From positions 30,504,001-30,568,000 of the forward strand of contig OZ024751.1 of NCBI GenBank assembly GCA_964016885.1: a stretch of DNA of 64,000 bases, read 5' to 3'. Below the pieces are notes generated by a model. That model had not been told where the DNA came from, did no database searches, and saw only the letters and a program-made list of their open reading frames with translations. This DNA is from Eledone cirrhosa. Lineage: Eukaryota. The position numbers were made by a program, and so were the translations under genes. Below are positions 28,116 to 45,525 of this stretch, piece by piece; position 1 is the stretch's first letter, and every line of letters starts with the position of its first letter.

Positions 28116-28287
28116 TCCATATAGATATATAAATAATGTACATATATATGTATATATATATGTATATGTGTGTGTGTGTGTGTATATATACATATATATA
28201 TGTAACATTTTCCTCACGTTTAGTGTTTTCTTTTTTTTCCAGGATATTTCTTACCTTTTCTGTCATTATTGAAAACAGAACCCTAGC

Positions 28288-28464
<177 letters not shown>

Positions 28465-29233
28465 GTTTGTTACACAGTTTTATTTAGCCAAATCCGAACT
28501 AGACATTCCGGTCCGTCGTGGCTGCCAAACCAATATACGTATAAAATTAAATATCCATTTTTGTCTTCCTGCTATAATCAAGTTTTACTTCAAGTCGTCC
28601 CATGAGTCAGTAGTAACTCCATAAATCACAGCACACATTCGCCATCTTGACAGTTCGCCTTTCTGTTAAATCTTTACTACAAACTTTGCACAGCCGTTTT
28701 CATTAGTCTCTCGTTCTTTCTTTCTATCTTTCTTTCTTTCTTCCTTCTCTCTTACCTTTTTCTTTCTTTCTTTTTTTTTACCTTATTTCTTTCTTCCTTT
28801 CCTTCTCATGTTTTTCCTTCTTTTTTCTTTCTTACCTTATTTCTTTATTTCCTTTTTTCTTTCTTTCTTTCTTTCTTTTTTCTTTTCTTACCTTCCTTTT
28901 TTTCCCTTTTTTCTAACTTACCTTCTTTCTCTCGCTCTCTCTTTCTTTCTCCCTTTCTTTCTTTCCTTTTTTCCTTCCCTCTTTTTTCTTTCACTTTTAC
29001 TTTCGTTGCTTTCTATATTCTCTTCTTCCTTTCCTTCCTTCTTCCTACCTTTCTTTCGCTCCTTCCTTCTCTTCTTCTGTAATATATTCTAAACCTTAAT
29101 CGTATTGCTACTATTAATGATTTCTGCATTCGAACTGTTTTTCTTTCTTATTTTTTCTATACGAGCGTCTTTAGGTGATGTGGAAACTACGTTTTCTTAC
29201 AATTCTATAGATTTTTATATATTTCAACTCCAT

Positions 29234-29293
<60 letters not shown>

Positions 29294-29382
29294 ATATATA
29301 TATCTATATCTATATATATATATATCTATATATATATATCTATATATCTCTATATCTATATATCTATATATATATATATATA

Positions 29383-29523
<141 letters not shown>

Positions 29524-29645
29524 ATATATATATATATATATATATATATCCAGAGAGTGTAACTTGGAGTTACTGTAGGTTCACCCGAGTGAGCACTCGG
29601 TGTTTAGGTTCACTTCAGTGTGGAGGTGTAGAGCTAGACAGAGTG

Positions 29646-30193
<548 letters not shown>

Positions 30194-30439
30194 ACACATG
30201 TATGTGTGTGTGTGTGTGTGTGTACATGTGTCTGTGTATACATGCATGCATACGTACATGCTTACATATATATACATACACACACACACACATATATATA
30301 TATATACATATAGATCTGAAAGCCTTTTAGTTCATTCTAAATATTTTACTGAGCACTTTAGAGAGCTTTGCCTCATATTTGGATAAAGTTACATGTGCTT
30401 TGCAGAACACGTGTGTATCTGTAACTGTGTGTGGTGTGT

Positions 30440-30479
<40 letters not shown>

Positions 30480-31312
30480 ATAAGTTCAGTTCTGCTTTAA
30501 CCATCTTGCAATAAACCTGTTTAACATATGTATAAATGTCTGCACACATATGTCAGCTAAAGAAGTTAGAACTAAGAGGAGATCTATTGTTGATTTATTA
30601 CGATGTATGTTATTTACTGTATTTCATGGAAGACTACCAAAACTGGCTATTAAGCTCTGAACTATGTCTATTTTCCATGAACAACTTTAAGGGGGTCTTT
30701 AACTTGCTAAAATCCTGTGAGGCATGTCACTGCCCGGGGTGTAGATAAAATGCTACTTGAATGTGGCGGCGTACTGCTTAGAAGCTGTATATGTATAGTA
30801 AATTTTAGGGGGCCTTTAACGTTCTAAACTCCTGTGAGACATAATATCACGGCACGGGGTATAGACTCAACGCTGTTTGAATGTGGCAGCGTGGTGCAGC
30901 ATAGAAGCCGTATATGTATTGCAAACACAACCTGGGTAGTATATATAAACAAAGAGGAGGTTACGTAATGGTTTCTCTCCCTGAGTTTATAAAAAGTTAA
31001 ACAGCAATCAACTAGGGAGTTTGAACCCGGTCACGTGACTTACCAGTTTAGCAGTTAGATCTCTTTCAAGAACCCACCCACATATTTTGAGTCTGGGTTA
31101 AATCATTATGTATATATGTGTGTGTGTTTTGAACTATGAAATTAAAACAAAAAGTAAAGGTAGGTTCGTAATTAGTTCATTGTTTTACTATCGTTTCAGG
31201 GTGTTGGTTGATCGTGATAAATCAATATATTGACTAATACAGAGTGGTTATCCACCACCTATTACTAGTCCCGATATCCTAGAGCCACCACACCATCTTC
31301 TTGAAACAATCA

Positions 31313-31350
<38 letters not shown>

Positions 31351-31442
31351 ATTAGGAATTAATTTTATCTCAATCTAAGTCAGTTACCTGACTGTGATTT
31401 CGTATTACGAAAGAATGAGCCCCTCATTTGTGAACATAGAGG

Positions 31443-31492
<50 letters not shown>

Positions 31493-32245
31493 CTGTCTTT
31501 GCTAAAGAATGAGTTTCACGCCTCAAAAAACTGCAAGTTTCATACATATTCTTAACAAAGACAATTATTTTCCATTATCAGAACGTGTACGTACACTCTG
31601 TTGTATCTAATCATCAGCTTTCGAAGCGTGCGACTAATATCATCATGTATTATATATATATAAATATAAAATCTAAGCTATTTATTTTCTCTGGAATCGA
31701 CATTATAAGTTAAATGATCGCCTATAGAAATGCCAATCAAATATTTTATATTCGATTTTCCCTCCGTGTAAAGCGTCTTGCTAAAGCAGTGATGACCGAA
31801 GAATAGCGAACTACTATAAGTTAAACAATCATCTGTAGATGTAAAAATACCTTTTACGTTTCGGAATAAAGTGCTTGTTTTACTGGCTAAGATTGCTACA
31901 AGTGAACAAACCCTTAGGTGAGAGTCGGGAGCTATCTGAAAGTGTTTATTGTTGTGAAATACACTACACAAAGAGTTGAACTTTCAAAATAAACATCGCT
32001 TTCTTAAAGGTATGTTCAAGTGCCGCCCACTTTTTCTTTCTTTCTTTTTTTTTACTTGAGTGGCTGGCGTGAACCGCCTTATCTTTGTTTAATTTTTTTT
32101 TTTTTTTTTTTTCATACAACTTACACTATTCACTTGGATGGCGAGAAATATTCAAGCCTTAAACTAACTTCGCTACTTCTTTTCGTTGAGGTATTAGCCG
32201 GAAGACTAATTCATACATTTTGTTTTTCTTTTACATATATATATG

Positions 32246-32289
<44 letters not shown>

Positions 32290-32381
32290 CATACATACAT
32301 ACATACATACATACATACATACATACATACATACATACATACATACATACATACATACACACACATATTTATATGTATGTA

Positions 32382-32412
<31 letters not shown>

Positions 32413-33014
32413 GTGTATGTGTGTGTGTATATATATATGTATACATATATACATACATATATATATATCTGTATTAGTCAATATATATATTTCTTCTTTA
32501 CACCGTTTTTTTTTCTCTAAATTCTTATCCGATTTATCATATAACGGTTTGAGAGTTTTTTTGTGGCAATATTTCTTTGGGAAATAGGCCAAAAAGTAAA
32601 ACGAATGAAACAACAAGGATATCGTATGTGTTAAGCATATCCTATATAGTGTATAAAATAGCAATTTTAGAATTTGTTATAATTTTACTAGAAAATCTAC
32701 GAGATTGTAAGTCTTAAACATCTTTCGCAAAGGCAGAAACGGTATAAAGTGCCCTGATAATAATCAAAACCATCTTTAAGAAAAGAGTTTGGGAGTATAG
32801 TTGATTCTTGCTCACAAATAACATATGTTATATAGTAGATATGTTTGTTTTTGTTAATGTTTTTCAAGGAAATATCTTTTGATGACAACTTGGTGATCTA
32901 AAACACTTAGTAAATATATTGTACCGATCAGAAACAACGAAAGACCTGGAGGTTATTATAATTTACCAAACACCATTGGGTATCCTAATATCTAATTATC
33001 CGGAAAAAAATTCA

Positions 33015-33350
33015 ATTACCTATCCCATACATATATACACCAAAAGCTAGCTATATACATATATACAACACAACCTATATGTATACTATTCCATACATAT
33101 ATACAACAAAAGTTAGCTGTATGCAATTCTATACATACATACAACAAAAGATAGATACATGTTATTCCATATATATAAATATACATAACTATATATATAT
33201 ATATATATATACACACACAACTAAAGATAGCTATATGCTATCCCATATATATATGCAACAAAAGCTAGCTGTATGTTATTCCATACATATATACAACACA
33301 CGATAGCTGTATGTTATCCCATACATATATACAACAAATTCTAGCTATAA
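33015..33350. repeat. Degenerate ~40-bp minisatellite
   Basis: Recurring TTCCATACATATATACAACAAAAG.TAGCTGTATG. Confidence 0.7.
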
Positions 33351-34021
33351 ATTCACATTTGTACTTATAATTACTGGTGCATTTGATTATGTTACTGAAA
33401 TTTTAAGCATGAGAAGCTAATGTTCTTTAGAATGAAAGTAAAACATTTTATCGGAGTTGGAGTTGTGAATATCCAAGCGATAAGCTAGTTTCAGTAAAAT
33501 ATGCAAGTTTAACATGATTCTTAAAATAATTTGTTGGAAAAAAAACAAGGAGGACATTTTGTTTTCTTAAATTCTTTGTCTTAAAACTTCAAAGTATGAA
33601 CGCAAAGTGACTGGCTAATGTATACGTTAACACGCCTATAGATAAACACGTACGTAGATAAATATGCATTTATACGAAAGAAAAAACAAAAACAAAAACA
33701 ATGGGGGCCAGGAAATTCCGATGAGTGCAGATCAAAGGTTTACATATTGCATTTATTTGTACAAGGCGATATCACTTCGCATTTGCATGCCTCCTTACCT
33801 GCATTGAAAAAAGTTACTTTTCACTATATACCGATAAAACGCTTTAATGCACACACTCCCACACATACATACACATATATACATACACAAACATACATAT
33901 ATACGTACATATACATACAGTCCTAACAACTTTTGTTATGACTTTCCATGTGGACTAAACGGATGTATATGATTCATGCTCCGATCACTGAGTTTGGAAA
34001 TACAAATACAAACATTCACTA

Positions 34022-34068
<47 letters not shown>

Positions 34069-34146
34069 CATACTCCCTCATGCACACACATACGCAAATA
34101 TATATATATATATATGTGTGTGTGTCTGTGTGTATATATATGTATA

Positions 34147-34391
<245 letters not shown>

Positions 34392-34967
34392 ACTCACATA
34401 CGATATTGTTAATTTCCAAGAAGCAAACCACGTATAAAGCCAACTGTGAAAAGTAACTCTGGTGAAAATGTTCGTCTCATTAAGTACGCTTTTTATGAAG
34501 ACGTATAATTTTCCAGTGTATCGCTTACAAAGAGCAACAGATCCAGAAAGTTATATGTTTATTTCAGCCGCCTGCTACTTCCTTTTATAAAGATAATCAC
34601 ATTTTGCTAGAAAAATGTTGTTTTTATTTTATTAAACCAACAAACAAACAAACAAACAAATGAACGGATGAACGAACGAAAACTCGAGAACTAAAGGAAT
34701 GTATTTCAGATTTGATATCAGATTCGAAACTTGATTCAAAGAATCAACTGTTTAGATCTTCGTATCACGAGTTCAGTTCTGTGAAAAATGCTGTGAAATG
34801 TTCCAGTGGTTATCAGGAAGAAGGTATGCATGAAAGTAGAAAACAAACACAAACATAAAGGATATAATATACAATCGACGGTACATAGATATATTTTTTT
34901 TACATATTTTCGTCTCTTGCCTTCATCTTTTTCTTTATCTTTCGATTTTCTCACATATGTACAATAT

Positions 34968-35259
34968 CTATCTATCTAGGGCGGGTAAAATTCCCGAGAT
35001 CTATGGACGAGTTCTCTCCAGCGGCTCATCTTTCGCTACCATGTCCTGTGTCTCCAAGATACCTGTGTCTGTCCTTAGGGCCTCAACATATGTCAACCTC
35101 GGTCTCCCTCTTCTAGTGTGTCCGTGTAGGGGTTCCCACGGGAGCACTGAATGCAGTGTCAACTCTGGATGTCGGTGAGCATGTCCAGCTAAGCTCAGTC
35201 TCTTCTGTGTTACGTTCGAGCTGACTTTTGGGATGCTCCCGTACAGCTCTGAGTACAAT
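34968..35259 (-). mobile_element. 5'-truncated RTE-clade LINE fragment
   Basis: Peptide LYGSIPKVS..KRLSLAGHAHRHPEL..WEPLHG..RRGRPRLTYVEAL typical of RTE ORF C-termini; (TAGA)n tail; 13-bp TSD ATATGTACAATAT. Confidence 0.85.
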
Positions 35260-35474
35260 ATATGTACAATATATTAACTAAAATCGATGAAATTAACAAA
35301 ACTTCTAAAAACATTAAGCCACGAATTAGCAGAGACGTTAGAATGATAGAATGTTTTGCAATAGTTCAAAACCTGCCAACGTTCGCTGTCTTCAAAATAA
35401 ACACTTGCTTTGTTATATATATATAATTCTTCATTATACTGTGTCGAGTACTTTATTATTTCTGTTTACCTTTT

Positions 35475-35544
<70 letters not shown>

Positions 35545-35548
<4 letters not shown>

Positions 35549-35689
35549 CGGTTCTAGCTGTCGAAACGGCTGGAGCTCAATCGTCGGGGTCCTGAATCTT
35601 TTCATATTACCCACTCTACTACCCTAAGTATCGAGTACTCTGGTGGCTTATGGTCCACCTGGTATCTTACCACATCCTCTCTGATCTGA

Positions 35690-35694
<5 letters not shown>
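35545..35694 (+). mobile_element. Family A variant containing the 3' half of a hammerhead
   Basis: CTAGCTGTC-GAAA-CGGCTG GAGCT CAATCG-TC-GGGGTC followed by the family A tail; (TA)n on both sides. Confidence 0.65.
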
Positions 35695-35770
<76 letters not shown>

Positions 35771-35913
35771 CAGAGAGGGTGATGGGGGTAGATAGATAGA
35801 AAAAAAGGGGAGTTTTTAGTTCAAAACCTCTAAAAATGCTGGAATAAGCACTGTTGTGACGTTTTGATCATATGTTTGCTTGATCACGGCTGACTAGTAA
35901 CTAGTTGTGTGTG

Positions 35914-35995
<82 letters not shown>

Positions 35996-36586
35996 CACAC
36001 TCAATTATTTATTTGTATACAATCACTTATGAATAGAGCAACGTGGTTTTAATAGAACTGACGTGAAATTAATGTTGTAAGAGAAGGTGAGGATCTTAAT
36101 AGATATAGGGCAAGTATCAATCAGTAGTATTGAAAATTATTGGGACATTACAACCGAATTGTCACACGGATTAACATGATGGCTGATTAAAGCGGGTTTC
36201 TGGCAGCTCTGCTGTTTTATTTTGTTTTGTTTGGGTTTTTTTTTCAATGGCTGCGTGTCGTGCAAGACGTTATAGCCTTAAGGAAAGTTTTAGTGTGTGG
36301 TCTATACTAAAAAAAAAAAAAGGGGGCATTTTTGTAGCCTAGTAACTTACTTCCTTCGGTCTACCCTTCATTTAAGATCTCTTGCAGTGGAGACGACAGC
36401 AAAGTGACACATGATCCTCTTATTTTCTTATTTTATCCAGCTAATGTTACAATCCCGTTACATACGTGAAACGCCAGCCAAAGCTCTAAAGTAATTCAAT
36501 ATCAAGTCTAAACTTCATTTGTTTTTATTTTGTTATTGCGGTTGTTGTTGTTTTTATTATCATTATTTTTAAATCTTTTTACTTCT

Positions 36587-36641
<55 letters not shown>

Positions 36642-38386
36642 ATGGAAAAATTTGAACAGGAACAAACAGAGAGGCAGTACAACGAATGTTTATTAATTTC
36701 ATGCTCTGAAACCGACCCAACGTCTCCTAACTTAAACCCCTGCCGTCGTTTGTTCGAGGAATCCACAACCAAAAATCTAAATAAGATATGAAATCCTTTA
36801 AAATTTAATTCATTTAATCTTAGAATTATATTAGTATATCATGGCCACTCCCATATTTGTAATGGGTGTAGGTTTGTATCTGGGTCTAATGAGTAACGTT
36901 GAATACAGGTTTATAGATTACATTTGCCTTTCATTCTTACGGGGTTGATGAAATAAAGTACCAGTAACGTACTGGGGTTAATCGACTTTCCCCTCTCCCA
37001 AATTGCTGGCCTTGTGCCTAAATCAGAAATCATCATTATTATTATTATTATTGTTGCAATTACAGTTTGCTGCTGTTGTATTGTTATTGTTACTGTTGTT
37101 ACCACCACTACTACTATTACAATTGTTGCTATTACTGTTGTTACTACTACTAGTACAATTATTATTGTTGTTGTTAACAGTTGTTGCTGTATTATTGCTG
37201 TATTATTGTTGTAGTTGTTGTGTTAGTGTTATTGTTATGTATATTGTTTTCTCTCTCCATTATAAAAAAAACACGCCAGAGGTTATCTAAATACAATCTA
37301 ACATGTTGATTGAACCACCTTCCTTTTTCCTGAAAGTCAATACCTTTCAGATTACACTACGTTGACATATGAAAGAAATTTTAAAATGGAGAAGATAAAT
37401 GGATCCTCTCTTTTAAAAAAAACAAAACAAACAAGAACGAAATATGCTCTGAAAGGCGAGATCTGTATTTGAGTAGCTTAACAATGTAGAAAAATATTTA
37501 ATTATTGTTGTCACGAGTCAATTAAAATTAACTGTAATTGTTGTGTTTTGTGCCTTAACACAGACAAGTGGTTTCGTTGGTGAATCACTGTCACATCTCA
37601 AATTTTACTTGACGTACGCGTTTCATTTTAGTGAAAACTTTACTTGTATCAACTGAGCTTTCAAAACACACAGTTGAGAATGAGTTGAATCTAATATATG
37701 AAAAATGCGAACACTTCCAGGCGACACTGAGACAGAATCATTGTTTTAAACGGTTAATAATACAGGCAAAGGATTTTAATGAGGTAAAAATATAAGTTAA
37801 ATGCAAAACCACTATATAGAGGACGACGTGGTATAACGTATTTATTTAGATGTAATAGAAAGTTAAATGAAGATGAGAGAATGACATGCAAACACTAACT
37901 AATTAGAGGCGAATCTTTGCAGAAAAGCCAATAATTTCTTTCACCAGATGCAGAGAGAATAAGAATAAAGTTATCAATAGAAGGTCCATGCAAGTGGCAT
38001 TGATCAATGTCAATATTATTGACAGATGGAGACGATAATCAATTTTATCTTTCGTCATTCCAGGATCAGTTAAATAAGTAACACCCAAGTATTGTTGTTG
38101 ATTTAATCGACTGTTTGCTAACCGTCAAGATTATGTTGTATTATATCTATGTTAGAAACACAACAATATAAATATAATGAAGCAGAAAGTCAGGAAAATG
38201 TTCACTGTGTACATTATCCAGAATTAAATTTATAAGGCACAAAACCAGGAAAGTTTTCACGGTGTATATTATCCAGAAGTAAAATATATGAGGTACAAAA
38301 CAAGGAAAGTCTACACTATATACATTATTTAGAAGCCAATATATAAGCTAGGAGTCTACATTATGTACATTATTTAGAAACCAATA

Positions 38387-38572
38387 AGGGCGGTGGATTG
38401 GCAGTATCGGTAGAGGGTCGGACACCATGCTTTCCAGCATAGTTACGTCCCTTTACGATCTGAGTTCAAATCCCGCCGAGGTTGACTTTGCCTTTCATCC
38501 TTACGGGGTCGATAAAATAAAGTACCAGTAATGCACTGGGTAATTGCTGGCCTTGTGCCAAAAGTAGAAACA
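38387..38572 (+). mobile_element. Young full-length SINE family 2 with TSD
   Basis: GGCGGTGGATTGGCAG head to GTAGAAACAAT tail; 18-bp TSD ATTATTTAGAAACCAATA (38369-86, 38573-90); inserted in a degenerate ~55-bp minisatellite. Confidence 0.9.
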
Positions 38573-39078
38573 ATTATTTAGAAACCAATATATGAGGTAC
38601 AAAACTAGGAACGTCTTCATTATGTACATATTCTAGAAACAAATATATAAATGGCTAAAATATACTTTAAAAATAAGTATCTAGAAAGTATAAAAAAACG
38701 CTGGGAGGTATATACTGTTAAGAAAAGCTGGGAAACAGCGTGTTATTTTTCTTCAAATACGAAAAGAAGATGGGTCACAAGCTGATTCCAATGTCATGCT
38801 TAACAGACAAAAACACTGTGATCAGAGAACCGAAAAACATTTTTATATAGAAAAATCTGGAGAAAAAGGCTATTAAAACTGCAGGGCATGAAACCAACAA
38901 GATTTGGGCCCTAGGTGGTATGAAATGTTTCTTTAAAGAATGTCACCCAAGAAATTCAACTTATAAAAGAATTATTGTCCTGCTGAGGTGCTGAGAATTG
39001 GACATATTTTGAACAAAGACCCTCTCAAGCATGTGCATGTACCTAAGAATATGTGTATGATTCAGCATGTTGTCTATG

Positions 39079-39166
<88 letters not shown>

Positions 39167-39751
39167 TCCCGGGTTCAATCGGGGTAAACCACAGTAAGTA
39201 GGGTACTAAATACATTAGTAGGGTGTATATAACAAAATTCCTTCGAATGAAATATTAGCCAGAATATCTTAATTAATACTGCTTATAACTAACAGCATAA
39301 CTGGAGCCTAGTTACCACCCACTGCTTAACACATTAAATCCACACTACCAAAATCATATTTCTAACTAGCATATGTAATTAACTCCCATAGGGACTTCTC
39401 AATTTGTTCACCGAATAGTTTCCTCCCTTAGTTACGCCCCTTTACAGCCGGCATTGCTGCTTAACTTAGGACGCATATTTTAAATGCATTTCGATGTAAT
39501 GCATCCACTGTAATTGAATTCCTATCTTTATTAACCTCTGCCTTGAATGTACGCTCACCCAGTTTGGTTGGTCAGACCAACTTCGATTGACATTTTTGTT
39601 AACAACTACATCTCTGAAGATCCTATACAGCTGCTATAGCGACTTACACATATATGTAAACAAAGTTGGCGTCTATGGTGGAGGTGAAACATCATGTAAG
39701 AAGTAACATTTTGTTCTAACGACCTGCAACTCCTCCATTTATTCATTTTGC

Positions 39752-39792
<41 letters not shown>

Positions 39793-39886
39793 CACACGCA
39801 CACGCACACGCACACGCACACACGCGCACACGCACATACGCACATACGCACATACGCAAAATGTATAAATGGAGGAGTATATATAT

Positions 39887-40106
39887 ATATTCATTTATTA
39901 AGGATGAATATTGAGTCTTGTTATTCTGGAGTTTCGCCTGTTTATCACAGGGTCATCAAGCAAGAAGAGTTCTTGTCTGATGACCCTGTGATAAAGAGGC
40001 GAAAGGCCAGGGTAACAAGACTCAATATTCAGCCTTAATAAATGAATATTAAAACTCTACTTCGGTATTGATTCCTGCTTTCTCTCAGCCGTCAAACTCA
40101 TACGGA
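39887..40106 (+). mobile_element. Family B (TA)n-embedded element: inverted duplicate of a hammerhead plus 3' tail
   Basis: Arms 39887-39965 and 39971-40049. Plus arm TCTTGT-CTGATGA-CCCTGTGATAAAGAGGC-GAAA-GGCCAGGG-TA-ACAAGA; the minus arm has intact stem II CCTGT/ACAGG. Confidence 0.7.
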
Positions 40107-41057
40107 TATATATATATATATAATAGTTGTAAATCGAAGTTCTATTCGATATATATATATATAATCCTTAACGTAAGGAAGCATGTGTCTGTGGAATGGT
40201 TGGTCACTTGCACATTAATTTTCATGAGCAGGCTGTTTAGTTTTTTTAAATAAAACTGGAACACTCATCATCGGGACTGACGGAGGTCCCATAAGAAACA
40301 TGATGTAGATGCACACGCCCAACTACTGGTTGATAATGAGGGAGATGAGTTGAAATAGCCATTCCAACTAGCGGAGCTGACTCCTGCGGGGTGGCCCACT
40401 ACTTGGGGCAAGGTTGGGGGGCAGATAATTATATGTGACTTACTACTACGATGTAAGGGGTTTCAGACTGTCAATTTACATTGTAACATATATTGTTGAT
40501 ACAAATCAAACAATGAAACTAACCTTATACTTCCTACACCTTCCAAACCCCACTCTCCCTGCTTCCATACCCCCACTCTCCCTCCTTCCATACCCCACTC
40601 TCCCTCTTTCCACACCCCACACCCCCACTTCCACACCCCACTCCCTTTTTCAGATCCCACTCCCAACATTTCCATATCCCCCACTCCACCTCCTTACATA
40701 CCCCATCCTTCCCTCATTACACATCCCACCCTTCCCACCTTCCATACCCCCACCCACTTCTTCCACACACCCTTCGCCACTCCACCCCCACCCCAGCCCT
40801 TACGCCCTCTCCCACCCTCCTTCTATACCCCACTAACTATTCTACACATCTTCTCCCACCTGCCGGTCTGTTCGGTCGGCCAACTCACTCTGCTTAACTT
40901 TCTATGAAACCTATTATTTGTTAAACCCTTTAATCCGAGCACCTCAAGTCCACTGTGTACTGGGCGAGTATATATATATCTATATAAAAACTTTTATACT
41001 CTGCTATGTATTGAGTACCTTACTTACTGTGGTTACCTCCGATTCAACCCAGAATAA

Positions 41058-41124
<67 letters not shown>

Positions 41125-41127
<3 letters not shown>

Positions 41128-41259
41128 CTGTATATAGTTGATGGCTAAGAGCAGAGAGTACTCAATACCGAATTAGAGTTTAACTTTTATTAAGGCTAAA
41201 TAGTGAATCTTGTTACTCTGGAGTAACAAAGTAACAAAACTCACTATTTAGCCTTAATA
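41125..41259 (-). mobile_element. Family B copy folded back at stem III
   Basis: TATTAAGGCTAAATAGTGAATCTTGTTACTC-TG-GAGTAACAA..CTCACTATTTAGCCTTAATA; homologous to 39887-40106. Confidence 0.65.
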
Positions 41260-41689
41260 TATATAAACAGAAGAAGAAAAAGAAGCGGCTGCATTTCAAC
41301 GTACTCAATAGGTAAGGCTATGTAAAAATCCCAGAGTAGACACAAAGTTAATTGCTTCAATACAACACACGTCAATGAGTACCATATATATGTGTGTGTG
41401 TGTGTAGATATATATGTGTGTGTGTAGATATATATGTGGGTGTGTAGATATATATATATGTAAGAATTGTAGCTTTTTGAGAAACTATATGTTTGACAAA
41501 ACTGCAATTCTTACACACCCTCGGCAAATTACAGCCGCCTTAAACCTGGGACACAACCCAACGAGAGACGGACCCCGTAACAGCATCGAGTGCTTCGACC
41601 AGCGTCGCCGCTAGTAACTACAATTTATATATATATATATATATGTGTATATATATATTGTAGTTACTAGCGTAGTTACTAATTGTAGT

Positions 41690-43188
<1,499 letters not shown>

Positions 43189-43877
43189 TGTGTGTGTATA
43201 GATTATATATATATTTATATACATTATATTTGTATGACATACATGTGTAAACGCATCCTAATGTATATGTGTGTGTGTACGACACTGGCCTTTGTGTGTG
43301 TTTGCTCGGTAGCGGAGGTTTAGAGGTAACAAACATAGTTGAGAACCATTTTGAGTAAACAGACGACAGGAGACAGTTTGTTTGCTGAGCGTTCACCCAA
43401 CATTGGTCGTGGTTCATACTATCGATAACGGATTAAAATTCCTACATCGCCCATCTGCTTGTCGCCATCTTTTTCTTATACTTTTTACTTTCCGTAAACC
43501 CCTTGCTAGACCACAACAGACCCAGGAGATTAGTAAACCCTATCCACGCTAACAAACTAACCGACAGACGACCTTCTCCAAGTGCTTTTGTCTAGTCACA
43601 ATATTTATTATTCGGCAGGTCAGACAGTCACTGGTCTCATTTGTCTTTGACCAGAAAGGTTTTGACATTATATATATTATCTTCTTCCCCGTGTTCCACT
43701 TGACATTGTAATTATAAAGACGTCTTGTCTTTTTGTATGTTTGTTGTTTTTTTTAGGGAAGGGGCGGTGGGGCTGGGAGGCTGGAAGGCTGTTGGGTGGG
43801 GGGGTTTCCTACTCCACCAATCTAAGAAAATGTATATAGTGAAGTCTGCTCATTCAAATCTGAGCGGGTTAATATGA

Positions 43878-43913
<36 letters not shown>

Positions 43914-44032
43914 TGTTATACTTTGGGAGGGTCATGTTGCCAATTGACTGTATATATATATTTATTTATTTATTTATTTTTATATATATTATATATATAT
44001 ATAAATCTCATGTAGTATGTATATATATATAT

Positions 44033-44097
44033 TAGTGAAAATTGGAACGGGAACGAAAACAGAGAGGCAGTACAAACAAAGGTTTATTAGTTTCACG

Positions 44098-44100
<3 letters not shown>
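44033..44100 (-). mobile_element. Family C PLE-like 3' tail (also at 23983-24050 and 36641-36708)
   Basis: AGTGAAAATTGGAACGGGAAC..AGAGGCAGTAC..AAAGGTTTATTAGTTTCACGCTC occurs three times next to TA; related to the tail at 3570-3628. Confidence 0.55.
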
Positions 44101-44150
<50 letters not shown>

Positions 44151-44256
44151 AAGAATTAGTATATCTACCAACATATGTATACAGATGTATACCTATGCTG
44201 GCAAATATATATAAAACTTTAGTAAGTTAATTTTAATAATTTTCTTATTTTACGTC

Positions 44257-44333
<77 letters not shown>

Positions 44334-44703
44334 CATACATAATTCCATACATGCTCGCACACACATATATATATGTATTTTCCGTTCATTGCCAGAGAAC
44401 GTCTCTATGAACCACCTAAGAGAACATTAGTCTACGACTTCTTTTATACCATAAACGTGGTTCTGTCTTTGCGTGTAATTGTTTTTCACCGCTCCAAATA
44501 ATGACGTATTATATTCGTTTTTTCCCCGTTCTTTGCCAGCGAACGTTTCCACGAACCAAAGTATCGTCTTCCTGTCTTCCTCCGGTTGCAACGTTTTTTG
44601 AAATATCCACTTCCGCGTTCACAGATTGACTTTGTTAGTTTCAGAAGATCCCGTTAAGGGTGAAAGCAGCGATTCTTTGCTTAAACTTTAATCTGTTATT
44701 TTA

Positions 44704-44784
<81 letters not shown>

Positions 44785-45119
44785 TTATTACTATATATAT
44801 ATATATATATATAGTTCATTTTATTTTAACATTTTATTTGTTCAGATGTTTTGGACAGTTCAATATTATGTCTAAAGCTTATCATTAATATTGATATTAA
44901 TCAATATTGATATTGATCTTCTAAATATTAACTACATATAAACAATTATGTGTTATGTTCTTGGGCAAGGTACTTTATTTCATGTTGTTCTTTCTGCCAA
45001 GAGTTGCAACTGATAGTATCAGTGGAAAGGCCAATGGAAACATTGTTTCCTTGCTCTGATTTGACGAGTTCTACTCCACTTGGTAAGGAATGACGTCTGG
45101 GATCTCGTCGATCGATCGA

Positions 45120-45525
45120 GTTCCGGCTCTTTACGTTCTCAGTTCAAATCTCGTCGAAGTTAAATTTGCCTTTCATCTTTTCGAGGTCGATAAAATAAAA
45201 TACCATTAAATACCCATTACTGGGGGTCGATATAAACGACTTTCCTCTTCCCCCAAATTACTTGCTTTGTGCCATCGCTAGAATTATTAGTAAGATTTTA
45301 AGGTAGGTGGATTGACAAAGTCGGTAGAGCTTCGGACAAATACTTAGTATTGCTTCTGGCTCTTTACGTTCTGAGTTCAAATCACCCCGAAGTCAATCAA
45401 CTTTGTTTTTATCCTTTTGAGGTCGATAACATAAAGTGCCAGTCAGGTACTGAGAAGTCTGTATATTATCGGCTTTCCCCTTCCCTACACAAATTACTGG
45501 TATTGGGCTTAAATTAGAAGTCATT
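45120..45525 (+). mobile_element. Two tandem SINE family 2 copies
   Basis: Two GTTCAAATC..GAGGTCGATAA..AAATTAC units. Confidence 0.75.

Noticed and set aside
38387-38480. tRNA gene calls for SINE heads
   Set aside because: A/B-box-like motifs are followed by SINE core and tail with a TSD; no full cloverleaf.
43280-43700. Unique sequence resembling a promoter or 5' exon
   Set aside because: No motif or transcript evidence can be derived from the sequence alone.
44641-44680. CAGAAGA-TCCC..GGGT-GAAAGCAGC, and a similar remnant at 5281-5315 (-), as hammerheads
   Set aside because: Too many core and stem mismatches to distinguish from chance.
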